Part shown: positions 9,686-20,902 of the stretch, piece by piece | How positions within the stretch are numbered: the first letter of the stretch is position 1 | Layout: each line of letters begins with the position of its first letter | Source: an uncultured delta proteobacterium | Lineage (GTDB): Bacteria > Desulfobacterota > Desulfobacteria > Desulfobacterales > JAHEIW01 | NCBI GenBank assembly: GCA_963706575.1 | Contig: CAVPNL010000003.1 | Coordinates: 491,912-555,911 of the forward strand | DNA length: 64,000 nucleotides | Direction of reading: 5' to 3' | Position numbers and translations under genes: made by a program | Notes under the pieces: model-generated | What the model was told of the DNA's origin: nothing | What the model saw: the letters and a program-made list of their open reading frames with translations, nothing else | The model's database searches: none

Positions 9686-12600
9686 CTATTCGCTGAGCTC
9701 CATCCAGTAGGCGATACCGGTTTTGGCCGGTTTTTCGGTGATCGCGATAATACCGCCGCCGGAGGAGCTCATATATTTCTTCTCTCTTTCCTCGTCCAGT
9801 TTGATGATGGCCGGCGGTTGAATAAGGCCCGTCAGCTTTAAGCCGGATGGCGGAACTTTAACCGTCTTTCCATCGATTTCGACTTCGACCATGTCTTGCT
9901 CATCAACGACACCATCATCATTAATATCAAACTGAATGGCCCCGATCGAACCGCCGGTGAAGGCATTGAGTTCCATAAAAACAGAGTTGCCCCCCGAGCT
10001 GCAACGGCTTTGTTCGGGAATAAAGCCGATGACGATCAAAATGCCATCTCTCAATATGACGTCGCCGATGACCCGCTCCCCGGGATAAATGTTTAGATCC
10101 AGGTACCAGCCGGCATTATTGACGTTGTCGTCAGTTGGATCGGGCAATTGATTGGCCGGGTTATCGAAATCCGGCTCGGTATCCCAGACCGGTTGGCCTT
10201 CAGTCAAGACCCGAACCGTTAATCCGGTTCCGGCGGAATCGACCTCAAAATCAGTTGCCGTCTGTCTCAACAGCTGCACTTGTTCTGAAAGATAGGGATT
10301 GGAAAGTTGTCTGCCGGCTTCGTTTCGACTCTGAAATAATCCCAGATATTCATTGTCGCTATCCAGGCTCCAGCCGTCGACGGGCTGAAAGACCGTGTCG
10401 CCGTAATCCCAGAGACCGTAAATTGTCTGAGTCTGAATATCTGAATAATCATCGAGGCCCAGGAATTTTCCGGTTCCGAAACAGACCATCAAACCGCGCT
10501 CTTGAGGGTGGAACATGACATCCGGCCTGGAGGTGATGGGCTGGGGGGCGCCCGCCGGGTCTCTGGCCACAAAAAGGGACGCCGCTTTACCGCCGCCGTC
10601 TTTAAAAGCCACACCCCAGTTTATGACCTGGTTGCTGATTAAATCAAATTTCCAGAGGTTGCCTTTGAGATCACCGGCATAGACGAAATCCACCACGTCA
10701 TCTTGGTTTACGTCAACGGCAATCGGGCTGGAGAGGCCATTGTCGGGCCCGCTCGCGGTTGCGATTTTTTTAATGACAGCACCCGTAATGGCATCCAGGA
10801 TAAACAGCACCGCGTCACCGTTTGGGCTGTTGTAACCGTTTCCGGTGATTACGACCCAGGAAGGCGCTGGCTTGTAAGACCGCACCACCGCAGGCTTGCT
10901 GAATGAATACCCCATATCCGCCGCATCCTCCGCCGATGTATCCTGGCGCGGAAACTCCCACAAGACCTGACCAGCGCTCATGGCAAGCGGGTTCGTAATG
11001 TCTAGCGCAAAATACCCCATAGCGCCTTTGCCCAAACCGCCCACCAGTATCGCCTGGTCGCCGGCTCGGCCCAGGAGGTTTTGGCCCTTTTGCACCGTGG
11101 GTGTCAGGTCCACATAAAAGCGGTGGTCGTAATTTATATCTATAAGGTCCCTGAGGTATTCAGTTACCAGATAGGGCACATAACCAAAGATTTCGGTTCC
11201 GTCGCCGGCTTTAAATGCATGCAGCATGCCGTCGTTGGCGCCCACATAGACAACGTCATCGATAAAAACGGGCGAGGAGTGCACAATATCTCCCAGCATG
11301 TTGGCTCGATTGCCGTCGCTGTCAGGGTCTTTGCCCCGGATAAATTCGACAACCTTCTCCGCCTCCGGGCCCAGTTTGTCTTTCTGGTCGCCGGTTAATT
11401 CGGTGTATTCAAACAACTGGCCCGATTGATCGCCATTAAAGGTCAGGATTTTGCGGCTGCTCCATGGTGTGGCCTGAAGTTTCTCGGCCGCAGACCATTT
11501 TACATCCTGCGGGGCTGTCAACACCTCTCCTGATACCGGATCAATACCATAAGCTTTTACATCCCCGCCCCATTCGTTATCGATGTAACTGTAGCTCCCC
11601 TGAAAAATAAGAACATGCGGTCCGATTTTGCCGTACAGATAGTCTCCATTGACCGTCACCGCGGCGACGGATGTCGGCTGCCGTTCCTTGATGTCTTTGA
11701 TAATTCCCAGCAGTCCCTCCACCAGCTTCTGGGGCTCGCCGGCGTTGACAAACACGCCCCTGCCGTTTACCGTGGCGTGCCACAGATCATCGATGGATTC
11801 AGGCTGGCGGTCGCCGGTCACCTCGGGCCATTCCACGTATTCACCGCTGGTTTTTGATTTCATATAGTCTGCGCTGGTGCGGTCATCTTCATACGCTTCC
11901 GGATCGAGGGTTCCGGAAACCCCGAAGGCCACCGCAAAGGTGACCATATGCTGATGAGGCGCCTTATCCCATTTATTTGTCGGCACCTTATCATCCATTG
12001 CAGGGATCAGGTCGGTCGCATAATAGTACATGGCAATATCGGCCAGGGTAACATCGTATGTATCGGTATAGGGCTGTTTACCGCCGCCCCACGCTTCGTT
12101 ATCCGTGTCGCCATCGGCATTGCCCACCGTCGACGGGTTATAACTCCGGTCACTATAGTACCCGTCGGTGACAATGATCGTAAACGACTGTTGGCAATCC
12201 CCCCCATCTGCCGGATAGGGCGGATCCCCTTCCTCTCCCGCCAGGTTTCCGTCGTTGACCCGAAAGTACTCACCGACCTTTCGCAGGCCTGTCTTTAAGG
12301 GCGTGCCGCCACTGGATCGATAGGCATACAGGGTTTCTATGAGCGTATCGGATTCATCTTTGAATTCGCCGCTGATGACCGCTTCAATCGGTTTTAGCGG
12401 CGCAACAATTCTGCTGTTGATCCCCAAAATTCCAACGCGTACACCGTCCAGGTTACGAATGACCCGGGCAATGGCGGCCTTGGCCACAAATTCGCGCCGG
12501 CGGTGATACGTAAACCAGTTGGCAAAATTCTGACGATCCTCGTCATAGGACCGCTGAATGTCGGCCGGTGCATCTGAAACCGATACGGGCGTAACCATTT

Positions 12601-13342
12601 CAATCTTGTCATTGGGTTCGAGGCCATCGTCGGTCGTAAAGGTATAATAAGAAATAGCACCTTTTTCCAGGATCACCAGGTAAGCGGTTCCATTGGTGGA
12701 CTTCACGAAATAATGGGACCACGCAATCTTGAGATTGCCATCATCCGTTCCATTACCATCATTGTCTATGTCGACCGTAAATGACTCCTTATCCAGGTCG
12801 AGGGTTTTGGTCTGCAGGGGATGAACCAGAGGGTCATCGGGATCTGCCGCCGAAAAGATTTTATTATTATGGTCCGGCCAGGGCTCGTAAACGATATTGG
12901 GGTTGTAGTAAACCGCGTTGACTTCATGCCACCGGGAACGCCAGTATTTCCGGTCCTCCTTCTCCATATGTCTCCCAGCGTCCGTATAATTATAACCATC
13001 ACCCATGTTATCGAAAACATAACAGAACCCATCTGTATCTGAACGATCCGGATTCGGGAATTTTCCATCATATTCTCCCCGGACCAGGATTTCATAGGTC
13101 ATGCTGCCGGAATCATCCTGCAGGATCATCAGGTTGGTGGGCGGCGGATTGATCTTGGTAAACAGCGGCGCATCCGCCAGATCAACTGCGCCGTCTGCCG
13201 CCAGGGCGCCGAAAAACAGGACAACGGCCGTGAGTACGCAAAACCCAATGGCCAGTACCCGCAGTTCGCGCCCGGATCTTAATCTATGCAGGCAAGTGTT
13301 CAAATCGTTGGAATTAACCATGGAATATCTCCTGCAACGCAT
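9686..13342 (-). CDS. pilY1: Type IV pilus tip adhesin PilY1 (cassette A)
   Basis: N-terminal hydrophobic signal, vWA-like DDSGSM motif, C-terminal PilC-type propeller (GDIVHSSP, VYVGANDGMLHAF, YAGDLKGNLWKFD), Ca-loop DVNQDDVVD. Confidence 0.92.
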   Translation of the reverse strand: MRCRRYSMVNSNDLNTCLHRLRSGRELRVLAIGFCVLTAVVLFFGALAADGAVDLADAPLFTKINPPPTNLMILQDDSGSMTYEILVRGEYDGKFPNPDRSDTDGFCYVFDNMGDGYNYTDAGRHMEKEDRKYWRSRWHEVNAVYYNPNIVYEPWPDHNNKIFSAADPDDPLVHPLQTKTLDLDKESFTVDIDNDGNGTDDGNLKIAWSHYFVKSTNGTAYLVILEKGAISYYTFTTDDGLEPNDKIEMVTPVSVSDAPADIQRSYDEDRQNFANWFTYHRRREFVAKAAIARVIRNLDGVRVGILGINSRIVAPLKPIEAVISGEFKDESDTLIETLYAYRSSGGTPLKTGLRKVGEYFRVNDGNLAGEEGDPPYPADGGDCQQSFTIIVTDGYYSDRSYNPSTVGNADGDTDNEAWGGGKQPYTDTYDVTLADIAMYYYATDLIPAMDDKVPTNKWDKAPHQHMVTFAVAFGVSGTLDPEAYEDDRTSADYMKSKTSGEYVEWPEVTGDRQPESIDDLWHATVNGRGVFVNAGEPQKLVEGLLGIIKDIKERQPTSVAAVTVNGDYLYGKIGPHVLIFQGSYSYIDNEWGGDVKAYGIDPVSGEVLTAPQDVKWSAAEKLQATPWSSRKILTFNGDQSGQLFEYTELTGDQKDKLGPEAEKVVEFIRGKDPDSDGNRANMLGDIVHSSPVFIDDVVYVGANDGMLHAFKAGDGTEIFGYVPYLVTEYLRDLIDINYDHRFYVDLTPTVQKGQNLLGRAGDQAILVGGLGKGAMGYFALDITNPLAMSAGQVLWEFPRQDTSAEDAADMGYSFSKPAVVRSYKPAPSWVVITGNGYNSPNGDAVLFILDAITGAVIKKIATASGPDNGLSSPIAVDVNQDDVVDFVYAGDLKGNLWKFDLISNQVINWGVAFKDGGGKAASLFVARDPAGAPQPITSRPDVMFHPQERGLMVCFGTGKFLGLDDYSDIQTQTIYGLWDYGDTVFQPVDGWSLDSDNEYLGLFQSRNEAGRQLSNPYLSEQVQLLRQTATDFEVDSAGTGLTVRVLTEGQPVWDTEPDFDNPANQLPDPTDDNVNNAGWYLDLNIYPGERVIGDVILRDGILIVIGFIPEQSRCSSGGNSVFMELNAFTGGSIGAIQFDINDDGVVDEQDMVEVEIDGKTVKVPPSGLKLTGLIQPPAIIKLDEEREKKYMSSSGGGIIAITEKPAKTGIAYWMELSE

Positions 13343-13350
13343 TTCTGGTG

Positions 13351-13878
13351 CTAAAATGCCCTGCGATAACCGATTTTTATGGTGGTTACGCCCTGCTTTT
13401 CGGTGCGGCCGTAAATGACAAATCCATGCACTTTGGGTTGGCCCAGACCCAGTGAATAACCCGGAGGGGTTCCCTCGTAACCGGCTCTAAAACGGGTTTT
13501 GTTGCTGGAATCCAGGCTCGTTGCAACCGGCAGAGAGTTTGCCTCCCAGTCCGTTTTAAAATTCTCATCATCAATCGCTTTAATCCCCGGATCAACAAAC
13601 GACAACCCTCTGGGGTTGGGATCATTGTGTAGCACGTCAACCGCTTGCATGGCGGCCCCTTCAGCCAGATACAAATTGCGCTGGTAGACTGCGTCATTAC
13701 CCGCAATCTGGACCTCGGTGTTGGCGGTATTGGTGGCCGCGATGCTGATAATCGTCAGCAGGGCCAGCAGCATAATGGTCGACATGATCAGAAAATAACC
13801 CTGCTCATTTTTTAACGGCTTCATCAGGTTCGACATGACGCTTTTGTCCTTATTCAATGAAATATCATTATAAACCAA
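13351..13878 (-). CDS. pilX: Minor pilin PilX (cassette A)
   Basis: KNEQG/YFLIM prepilin site lacking Glu5, LYLAEGA motif; alternative ATG at 13836. Confidence 0.85.
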   Translation of the reverse strand: MVYNDISLNKDKSVMSNLMKPLKNEQGYFLIMSTIMLLALLTIISIAATNTANTEVQIAGNDAVYQRNLYLAEGAAMQAVDVLHNDPNPRGLSFVDPGIKAIDDENFKTDWEANSLPVATSLDSSNKTRFRAGYEGTPPGYSLGLGQPKVHGFVIYGRTEKQGVTTIKIGYRRAF

Positions 13879-14581
13879 TGTTGCGGCACCTGACCCGCGT
13901 GGAATAGGTCCGGCTTACCGTTCCGCCGCGACCCGCCGGTTCCTGCATGGTCAGGGAAATCTCAACTGTCGCAATCCTGCCGGGATCGGTTGTCGGGTCG
14001 TTATTTCTGTCAAAATAATTAAAAGTGAGGGCTGAAACATTATTTTCCGTAAGGGATTCCCAAATAGGACCATCTATACCGCTTGCACCCCTGTATTTTT
14101 CTATGGCACCACCATTCAGCCGGTAGGCAATGAGCTCGTTTTCAATATTATCGTCCTCGTCCGGACATTTGATGGTCCCATCAGCGGCTCTGCAATTATC
14201 AATCCGGCCATCCATATCCGCATCCATGGTGAAAGCAATCTGGGTTGCATCCGTATCTGCGACCTCGCCGTTGTGGGCATCGTCAAAAACGCTGGTATCA
14301 TCAAAATTAGGCAGAATTGCGGCCGCGGCGCTCCCACCGGGATCAAAGCCCGCCATACGAATTTGCTGAATCATCAGCTCAATGCCGGCGCGCGCAACCT
14401 GCTGCACGTCGGCGGCGACGTTCTGCGTCGTATAGGATCGTCCCATAGTGGTAAAAAGGCTGACCGTGGCCGCCATCAGCACCGATGCCATAGCAAGCCC
14501 CACCAGAATATCCACCAGCGTAAAGCCTTTCTGGCAGCCGGTGAGGCGAATTTTCTTGCGAACAAATCCGATCTCGATCAT
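13868..14581 (-). CDS. pilW: Minor pilin PilW (cassette A)
   Basis: QKG/FTLVDILV prepilin site, IRMAGFDP motif, C-terminal RVRCRN; ATGA overlap with pilV. Confidence 0.85.
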   Translation of the reverse strand: MIEIGFVRKKIRLTGCQKGFTLVDILVGLAMASVLMAATVSLFTTMGRSYTTQNVAADVQQVARAGIELMIQQIRMAGFDPGGSAAAAILPNFDDTSVFDDAHNGEVADTDATQIAFTMDADMDGRIDNCRAADGTIKCPDEDDNIENELIAYRLNGGAIEKYRGASGIDGPIWESLTENNVSALTFNYFDRNNDPTTDPGRIATVEISLTMQEPAGRGGTVSRTYSTRVRCRNIGL

Positions 14582-15006
14582 GTCCCGTTCCCCTTTGTCA
14601 GCGTAGTCAATACAACGCTGCGGTCCCGGCCCCGCCACGACCAGTTGACGGTCACCTGAATTTCTCTGGAGGTATTGAAGCCCAGCGCATCTTGAATCGT
14701 CCAGGTGCGCGTGTAAATGCCCCCCGGGTTGCCGTTTCCATCCCAGGGCCCATCGCTGAATGTCTGAAGCGTTTGAGGCAGCGTCGTGATGTCAGGTGTG
14801 CTTTTCAGCAGTTCCATCTGTTGTCTGGCCAGCATGTTGGCCTGGGTCATGAGATTGCCGTTGGTATTGTTGCGGGTGGCCGAAAATACAAGGGTGGCCA
14901 CCGCTAAAAATCCGATGGCAAATATGGCAATCGAAACCAGGGCTTCAATCATCATGTAGCCTTTAGGATTTTTCACACAGACGCCATTTAATTCTATCCG
15001 TTTCAT
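14578..15006 (-). CDS. pilV: Minor pilin PilV (cassette A)
   Basis: KG/YMMIEALVSIAIFAIGFLAVA prepilin; YTRTWTI and VTVNW motifs. Confidence 0.85.
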   Translation of the reverse strand: MKRIELNGVCVKNPKGYMMIEALVSIAIFAIGFLAVATLVFSATRNNTNGNLMTQANMLARQQMELLKSTPDITTLPQTLQTFSDGPWDGNGNPGGIYTRTWTIQDALGFNTSREIQVTVNWSWRGRDRSVVLTTLTKGNGT

Positions 15007-15020
15007 TTTTTCCCCCAGAA

Positions 15021-15476
15021 TTATTCAACGCGAATTCGCCCTAAAGTGCTGACGATTATATTTTTTTGGTCGCCTTTGGTGTTCACCAGCACGGCACTGC
15101 CGGCTACCGGAATTCCCCTGCCGTTGAAGCGGGTTTTGTCCCCCATCGTGCCAAAACTGGTGCCGTCCAGATCAAGCCTGACACCGGCGGGCAATTGCCG
15201 GTTGCGAAGTGTTCTGGCGTTTCCATCTTTATCCGTATAGGTAACCTGATAATTTGTCGCGGTGAAAGTGACCGTTACCGGCGTTCTTTCCCGGACGGCT
15301 CTTGCCTTGGACATTTCTAAATCACCTTTCAAGTTGCCGGCAGCGCCTCTTAATTTGGCATTACTGCGCCAGCTGATGATGTTGGGCGTGACAATTGCCG
15401 ACACCACGGCAATAACGGCGATGACGACCAGAAGCTCGAAAAGTGAAAACCCCCCATTTTTTTTCATGATCTCCAT
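15021..15476 (-). CDS. fimU: Minor pilin FimU/FimT (GspH-like, cassette A)
   Basis: GG/FSLFELLVVIA prepilin site; FNGRG and GRIRV GspH-like C-terminus. Confidence 0.85.
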   Translation of the reverse strand: MEIMKKNGGFSLFELLVVIAVIAVVSAIVTPNIISWRSNAKLRGAAGNLKGDLEMSKARAVRERTPVTVTFTATNYQVTYTDKDGNARTLRNRQLPAGVRLDLDGTSFGTMGDKTRFNGRGIPVAGSAVLVNTKGDQKNIIVSTLGRIRVE

Positions 15477-15486
15477 TCTCCATGGG

Positions 15487-15590
15487 AAAAAAAAACCGGA
15501 TGCCCTTTTCCCTCAGGCAACCCGGCTATCCGTCTTATGACGGACCCGCAGCTTTCCGTCTCCCGATTACTCGGGATTTGGCTTTATCAC
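15487..15590 (-). ncRNA. c-di-GMP-I (GEMM-I) riboswitch with overlapping intrinsic terminator
   Basis: Minus strand GAUAAAGCCAAAUCCCGA-GUAA-UCGGGAGACGGAAAGCUGCGGGUCCGUC-AUAA-GACGGAUAGCCGGGUUGCC fits the GEMM-I pattern; followed by CCGG..UGCC/GGCAUCCGG stem and U9 just before fimU. Confidence 0.85.
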
Positions 15591-15731
15591 GGGGTGATAG
15601 AAAAAGTCCTCAAAAGGGGTCTCCCGGCTCCCCCCGAAGGCTTTATTTTATTGCTTTGGTAAATTTGCATCCATAGCGTATTGAGCGAAAGTAAATTCTA
15701 TAAACATAGAATATCCAAGCATCCGGGAAAA

Positions 15732-15760
15732 AAATTATAGTAAAAACGTTCGCGTGTCAA
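15732..15760 (-). promoter_or_regulatory. Sigma70-type promoter upstream of the riboswitch and cassette A
   Basis: TTGACA at 15760-15755 with TATAAT at 15-nt spacing or TAATTT at 17-nt spacing. Confidence 0.45.
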
Positions 15761-16257
15761 TAAAAAGTCCGACAAAATGTCATATAACTAATAAGAATTA
15801 AAAGAAAATTTAGACTTCTTCTCAAAAAGCTGATTCGAATTAAAAACTCTGAAGCCCATTTTTTTGCCGGCGGCCGGATATTCAATCCAGGCATGATTAT
15901 AGTGCCGATGAGCACGGACCGCTGCAAACAAATGGGCCGGACTGTCTTTACTGGTTATTGGCTCGCAAGAAATATACCAAAACTTACTAATTCAAAATTA
16001 ATATAATTTTCAATAGCTTAAAAACAATGTGAAAAAAAGTTCCACTTTCAAAACCGTATAAATGTGTAATTTAGGTAACAAAGATATGCAATTTTGTGTA
16101 ATAAAAGTAAGAATCCTTTGTTATGCGGAAGGAATGGGACATGTTTTATCTTGGCGATAAGATGTGATCAATGCGATTCATCACTCCCCCGGCAGGGACA
16201 TACAATTTCATGCATGTCCCCCGGGGGTTTTTGATGGTATTCAGCTCCAATCAATCC

Positions 16258-19200
16258 TTAGTTAAAAATTTGTTGCCACCATAAATAAAAGAAATTGCGT
16301 TTTGGATAAAGCGGATCGAGGGCAACAATACCCGCACTGACGGATTGACTCGCCGCATTCGGATTGGTGCTTCCGACCGATATAAAAAGCTTTGTATTTT
16401 CAGCAGTAATTACAGTTACCGGCTTGGAAGGGATGCCACCGCCTATAAGAACGCTGCGGGTTAAATCATCGTCGCCATCGCCGTCGGTATCCGTAAATGC
16501 AATAACCGCAGCGCCGGTCTTGTATTCTATGGCATAGAGGCGTGCAATTCCGCCAGGTACGCAGGGATTGTCATTCGGGGTAAAGGTCGTCACATAATAA
16601 GTTTTATAAAATACGACACCCCGTGCCAGTACCTTTTCGCCTTCTGGCGCACCCAGAGTGTCGACAAAGCGAATAAACCAGCCTTGATCGGGGTTGCCGT
16701 CCTGATTTGCATCACCATTGGGGTCGTCAAGATTCGGCACGGGGTCCGCTGGATCGGTCACATCAACGAGATCGGCTTCAGTAAAGGGGGTCGTTCCGTG
16801 CGCATCCCTCATAGCGTAAATTCGATCCGCGCCGACATCCGTATCGCAGGCATTCTCACGATCTCCGGTTCCCGCATATATCAGATCATATCCTTTTTCC
16901 AGCGTCACGCTCGGCGGATAGTAAAATTTGCGCGTATAGGTTGTTGAATCAACATCATATGTCGGTGCTGTGAATAAAATCTGGCCTACCCAGCTTTGGA
17001 TGTTCTCGTTACAGTCGGGGAAACTCAAGGGATCGTTAGCGGAATCGGTCGTAACCTGACCGAAACGCCACATCTGCCCGCCCAGGTCGCCAACATAGAT
17101 TTTATCCACAAAACCGTTGCCGTCTTCATCGACAACTTTAACGGTGCTGGGCACGCTGTAATTCATTCCGGCGGTGAATTTTTTGACCACCGCACCTGTA
17201 AATACATTTACGGCAACCATTGTTTTTCCGGCCGAGTTATCGGCACTGTATCCGCCCCCGATAAAGCATACCACCGTGCCGGTGGTATCGTTAGCGGTGG
17301 TTTTCACCCGGCCGAATTCGGGTTCAGACCAGCTCTGACCGAGCTCCGGAATAACCACATCCGGATCGGTAGAGGTCATGGAAACAATTTTACCCCAGAC
17401 AAAGGGCCCCGTGGCCCCATTTCCGAAGTCCCAGTCCTGGTACATACCGCTCGTCAGGTTGCCCAGCCATTGACCTGGATAAAAATGCCGTGTTCGATTA
17501 TCGAAGGTGACAAAAACATTGTCGAATTCATCGCTAACCACGATGGCGGCATCAAGCCATTGACCGACACCTTCCCAATACCCATTCCACAATCTGAGGC
17601 TATCTCCAGCCTGAAATGAGCCGCCAGCATAGCGGTATATGTTTGAAAGTTGTACCGTACCGGTTTCGGCATCATTTGCGTTTCCGATGCGCCACAGGTA
17701 TTTGGGTATGTTAGGATCGGTGACATCCAGCGCAAAATAGCTCGAACCGCCTTTGCGCAGACCGCAAACCAGAATGACCTTGTCCCCGTCGGCGGAATCA
17801 ACGCGTCCGTCCTCATCCACATCATGAAAATAGATCTTGGGGCTCGAATCAACATAATCTTCGTGAGTAGATCCTTCCAGAAGGTACTTTAAGCGATTGA
17901 GCTGATCCGGTGGAATAAAGGCCCAGGCTTCCGTGCCATAGTTGACTTCGTCACCGGAAATATTCACATTCGGATCAATGTCATCCAAAACCGCATGCAG
18001 CATGCCGTCGTTGGCCCCGAAGAAAACCAGGGTCTTGGCGCTGCCGTCGGCATACTGATAGGTAAAGACCAACGGCTCGCTGTGCAGCACATCAGCCGGT
18101 GATAACCGACCGGTTTTCAGTCGACATCCGTGTCCCCATCCTCATCCAGCACATCGGCCCCACGGAAGTAGTTGATTACCTTGTCTTTGCCGGTAACGGG
18201 ATTGCCATTTACGCTAATATCGGTGGGATGACCCAGTATCATGTCCGTCAAATTGGTGTTGTCGGCGGCAAAGCGATTGGCTGAATCGGTTAGATTGTCT
18301 GTTGCTCCCAAATAGGAATAAATCTTACGGTTGCTGTTGTGGATCCCGTTGCTTTTGGAAATATCGGCCCAGTCAATGGTCGACCAGTAGGGTTTGGCAG
18401 TATCGCGCATGGATCCATTTGGCCAGGTGGCCGGATTTCCGTCGCTGCCGATAATTTCATTCGCCGCGTTGAGGCCGAATTTGGTTACATTGCCTTCCCA
18501 GAAATTCTCCTCCAGCGGTTTAAAGAACGCCATGTAGATTTTATTGCCGCTGGTGGTGCGGGTGACCGGAACCACCGGTGCGGTAAAAGAGCTGGTGCGC
18601 GAAATAATGCTGTTGACGGCATCCAGAATGGCCTGGGACAGCCCGCCCGCCGAGGTGGCCTCGAAGTGATATTTGCCGTATTCCGGATCGGCGCTGTCGG
18701 CTAAATTGGTGTTGCCGTTGCCGTTATTGGATGTGTTTATCAAAAGCAATCGGCTTTCGATGGTGGCCATAAATCCGACCGTGTAGGTCGTGACGTTCTG
18801 GAAGCCGTCGGTTTTGTCATTGGCAACGCGCATATCGTTGGCGTGAAAATAGCTGGCCACATCATCCATATAGGTCGAGCCGTTGATGTTGGTGGTAATC
18901 GTGTATGTAGTCCCATCAATTGTCAGGGTTCCCTGACCCGGATTGTCATTTTCGCCGTATCCGTCGCTGCCGTCTTGATCGTGATCGATCAAATCGCTCG
19001 GCTTGGTCTGGCTTAATCCACTGGATGTGTCTTCGGAAGACATGCCGGGGGTAATCACAATCACGAAATTTTTCTGGCAGTGATTGGTGGCGTCGGGCTC
19101 TCCGGATGAGTTTGAGTTCAAATACCCGCCGATCCTGGCCATACCCTCGGCCAGGGGAGAATAGATGACAGTACCCATATTGTTGATATTGTTAATATAA

Positions 19201-19982
19201 TTAGGATCCAAAACGTTGTCCTGTGGCGTTGCCCCCAATGTGGTCACAACGTCACCCAATGGCTGAACGCTGGAAGATCCCTCCGGTGTGCTGGTGAAAT
19301 TATAAATGGCAAATTGGGCCTTATTGGACGAGAGCCGGCCGACGGTCTGCAGGGCCTGTTTGGCATAATAAAAACGACTTTTGTTGGGCAGGGCGGCGCC
19401 ATCGTAAACCGGTTCAGCGACACTGTCGCCGTTGAGATCAACCGGCGAAGTGTAAAAAAACAACCAGTTCAGGTAATTTTTTGAGTAGCGAAACTCCCCG
19501 GCGTTATCTTTGATGCCGTCGCCATCAACTGCAGACGAGGCTTCAAGAGGCAAGGTGACCGTTTGGGAGTTGATGGTCCAGATACCGGTACCTTCCCCGC
19601 CGGTCTCCTCCAATTTGTCCCCTGTATCAAGCTCCAGGTCATCTCCCACCGCCACTAAATAATAGGATCCTCCATGCTCGTAAATACCGTAACCATTGTC
19701 ATTGAAAAATCCGTTGCCGGAGACCCCATTGACCACCACATCGGTTTCGGGAGCGACAGCAGGGGTATAGTCGACGCTATTGTCATAGTCTCCGTGGGTG
19801 ACCGCATGCTTCATCTCAGCACCATTGTCGATCAATATGACGATGTTGGGCGGCAGGTCATCGGCAGTTACCGCAAACATGCACATGTCGCTGGCGAACC
19901 CGGGGTTAACCGCAAAGACCAGGCCGAATAAAACGACCATCCATAAAACGGCAATCATATATAGTTTTTTCATATCAACCAT
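16258..19982 (-). pseudogene. pilY1: PilY1 (cassette B), split by two +1 frameshifts near 18094 and 18119 (possibly sequencing error)
   Basis: ORFs 19982-18117 and 18090-16258 join as ...DV.ENRSVITG-DVLHSEP...FGANDGMLHA when two bases are removed; propeller motifs YVGDLGGQMWRF, GTGDRE. Confidence 0.88.
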
Positions 19983-20002
19983 CTTCTTAGCCTCTATTGT
20001 GT

Positions 20003-20461
20003 TTAGAAACCGATCCGATAAAAGCCGGTCTCGATTTCAGATTTTGAATTACGCGGGCCATACCCGGTCGTAGTTATTCGATACCGATGCGAAGAAAACT
20101 TGCCCACCTCAAAGCCGGATCCTCTGGGCGTGAGACCGGAACCGATGTATTCCACCTCACCTTTAAATGATTCTAAAGATCCCATTGAAAAGAGTAACGA
20201 TGGATTATCCTTATCCGGAAAAGCGATAGGTACTCCAGAGGTGATATTCTCACCATGGTACAAATCGACATGCTCAATCACATATGCTCTTCCGGTGTCC
20301 GCCGCATAAAATGAAAGTTCATGGATCTGTTCATTGGTGGCCGAACGCTGCTCGGTAATCGAGTTGTTCGTACCCGCTGTAGCAATGACAGTAAGAATAG
20401 ATAAAATCATGAGCACCACCACGATCATATAACCTTCTTCATTATTTAATCTTGCTTTCAT
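20003..20461 (-). CDS. pilX: Minor pilin PilX (cassette B)
   Basis: NNEEG/YMIVVVL prepilin without Glu5; SFYAADTG motif; directly upstream of pilY1. Confidence 0.85.
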   Translation of the reverse strand: MKARLNNEEGYMIVVVLMILSILTVIATAGTNNSITEQRSATNEQIHELSFYAADTGRAYVIEHVDLYHGENITSGVPIAFPDKDNPSLLFSMGSLESFKGEVEYIGSGLTPRGSGFEVGKFSSHRYRITTTGYGPRNSKSEIETGFYRIGF

Positions 20462-20483
20462 GATGTTGTGACCTTCCTCTATT

Positions 20484-20891
20484 TTACAACTCATGGATAA
20501 TGTATTGCATACTTACATCTTTTGCATTTGGATTGGCACAGCGAACCGTCACCTCTACGGTTTTGCTTTCGTTGGTTAGATCACCGTCAATATCGGATTC
20601 GGTGACACGCCAATCGATGGTGTAAGCCCCCTGGACAAGTGTGTGAAGACCCGGATTCAGGACATTATCGTCATAGCCTGAAGCCATGAGCGTTTCCAAT
20701 TGGTTGGCTGCCAGCGCGGTGGCCTCTCCGGACATTCGCGCAGATGCATTGGCATTGATCGATGTCACCTGCATGCTTGCGACCGCAAGTATCCCGATAG
20801 AAAAAATGGCAATCACGATCAGCAACTCAACAAAAGTAAACCCCCGATCATCAATTCGATGCGTCATTTTGGCTGTTTGGGTGTTAAGCAT
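20484..20891 (-). CDS. pilV: Minor pilin PilV (cassette B)
   Basis: RG/FTFVELLIVIAIFSIGILAVASMQ; start uncertain. Confidence 0.82.
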   Translation of the reverse strand: MLNTQTAKMTHRIDDRGFTFVELLIVIAIFSIGILAVASMQVTSINANASARMSGEATALAANQLETLMASGYDDNVLNPGLHTLVQGAYTIDWRVTESDIDGDLTNESKTVEVTVRCANPNAKDVSMQYIIHEL

Positions 20892-20902
20892 AAATGGGTT
20901 CC

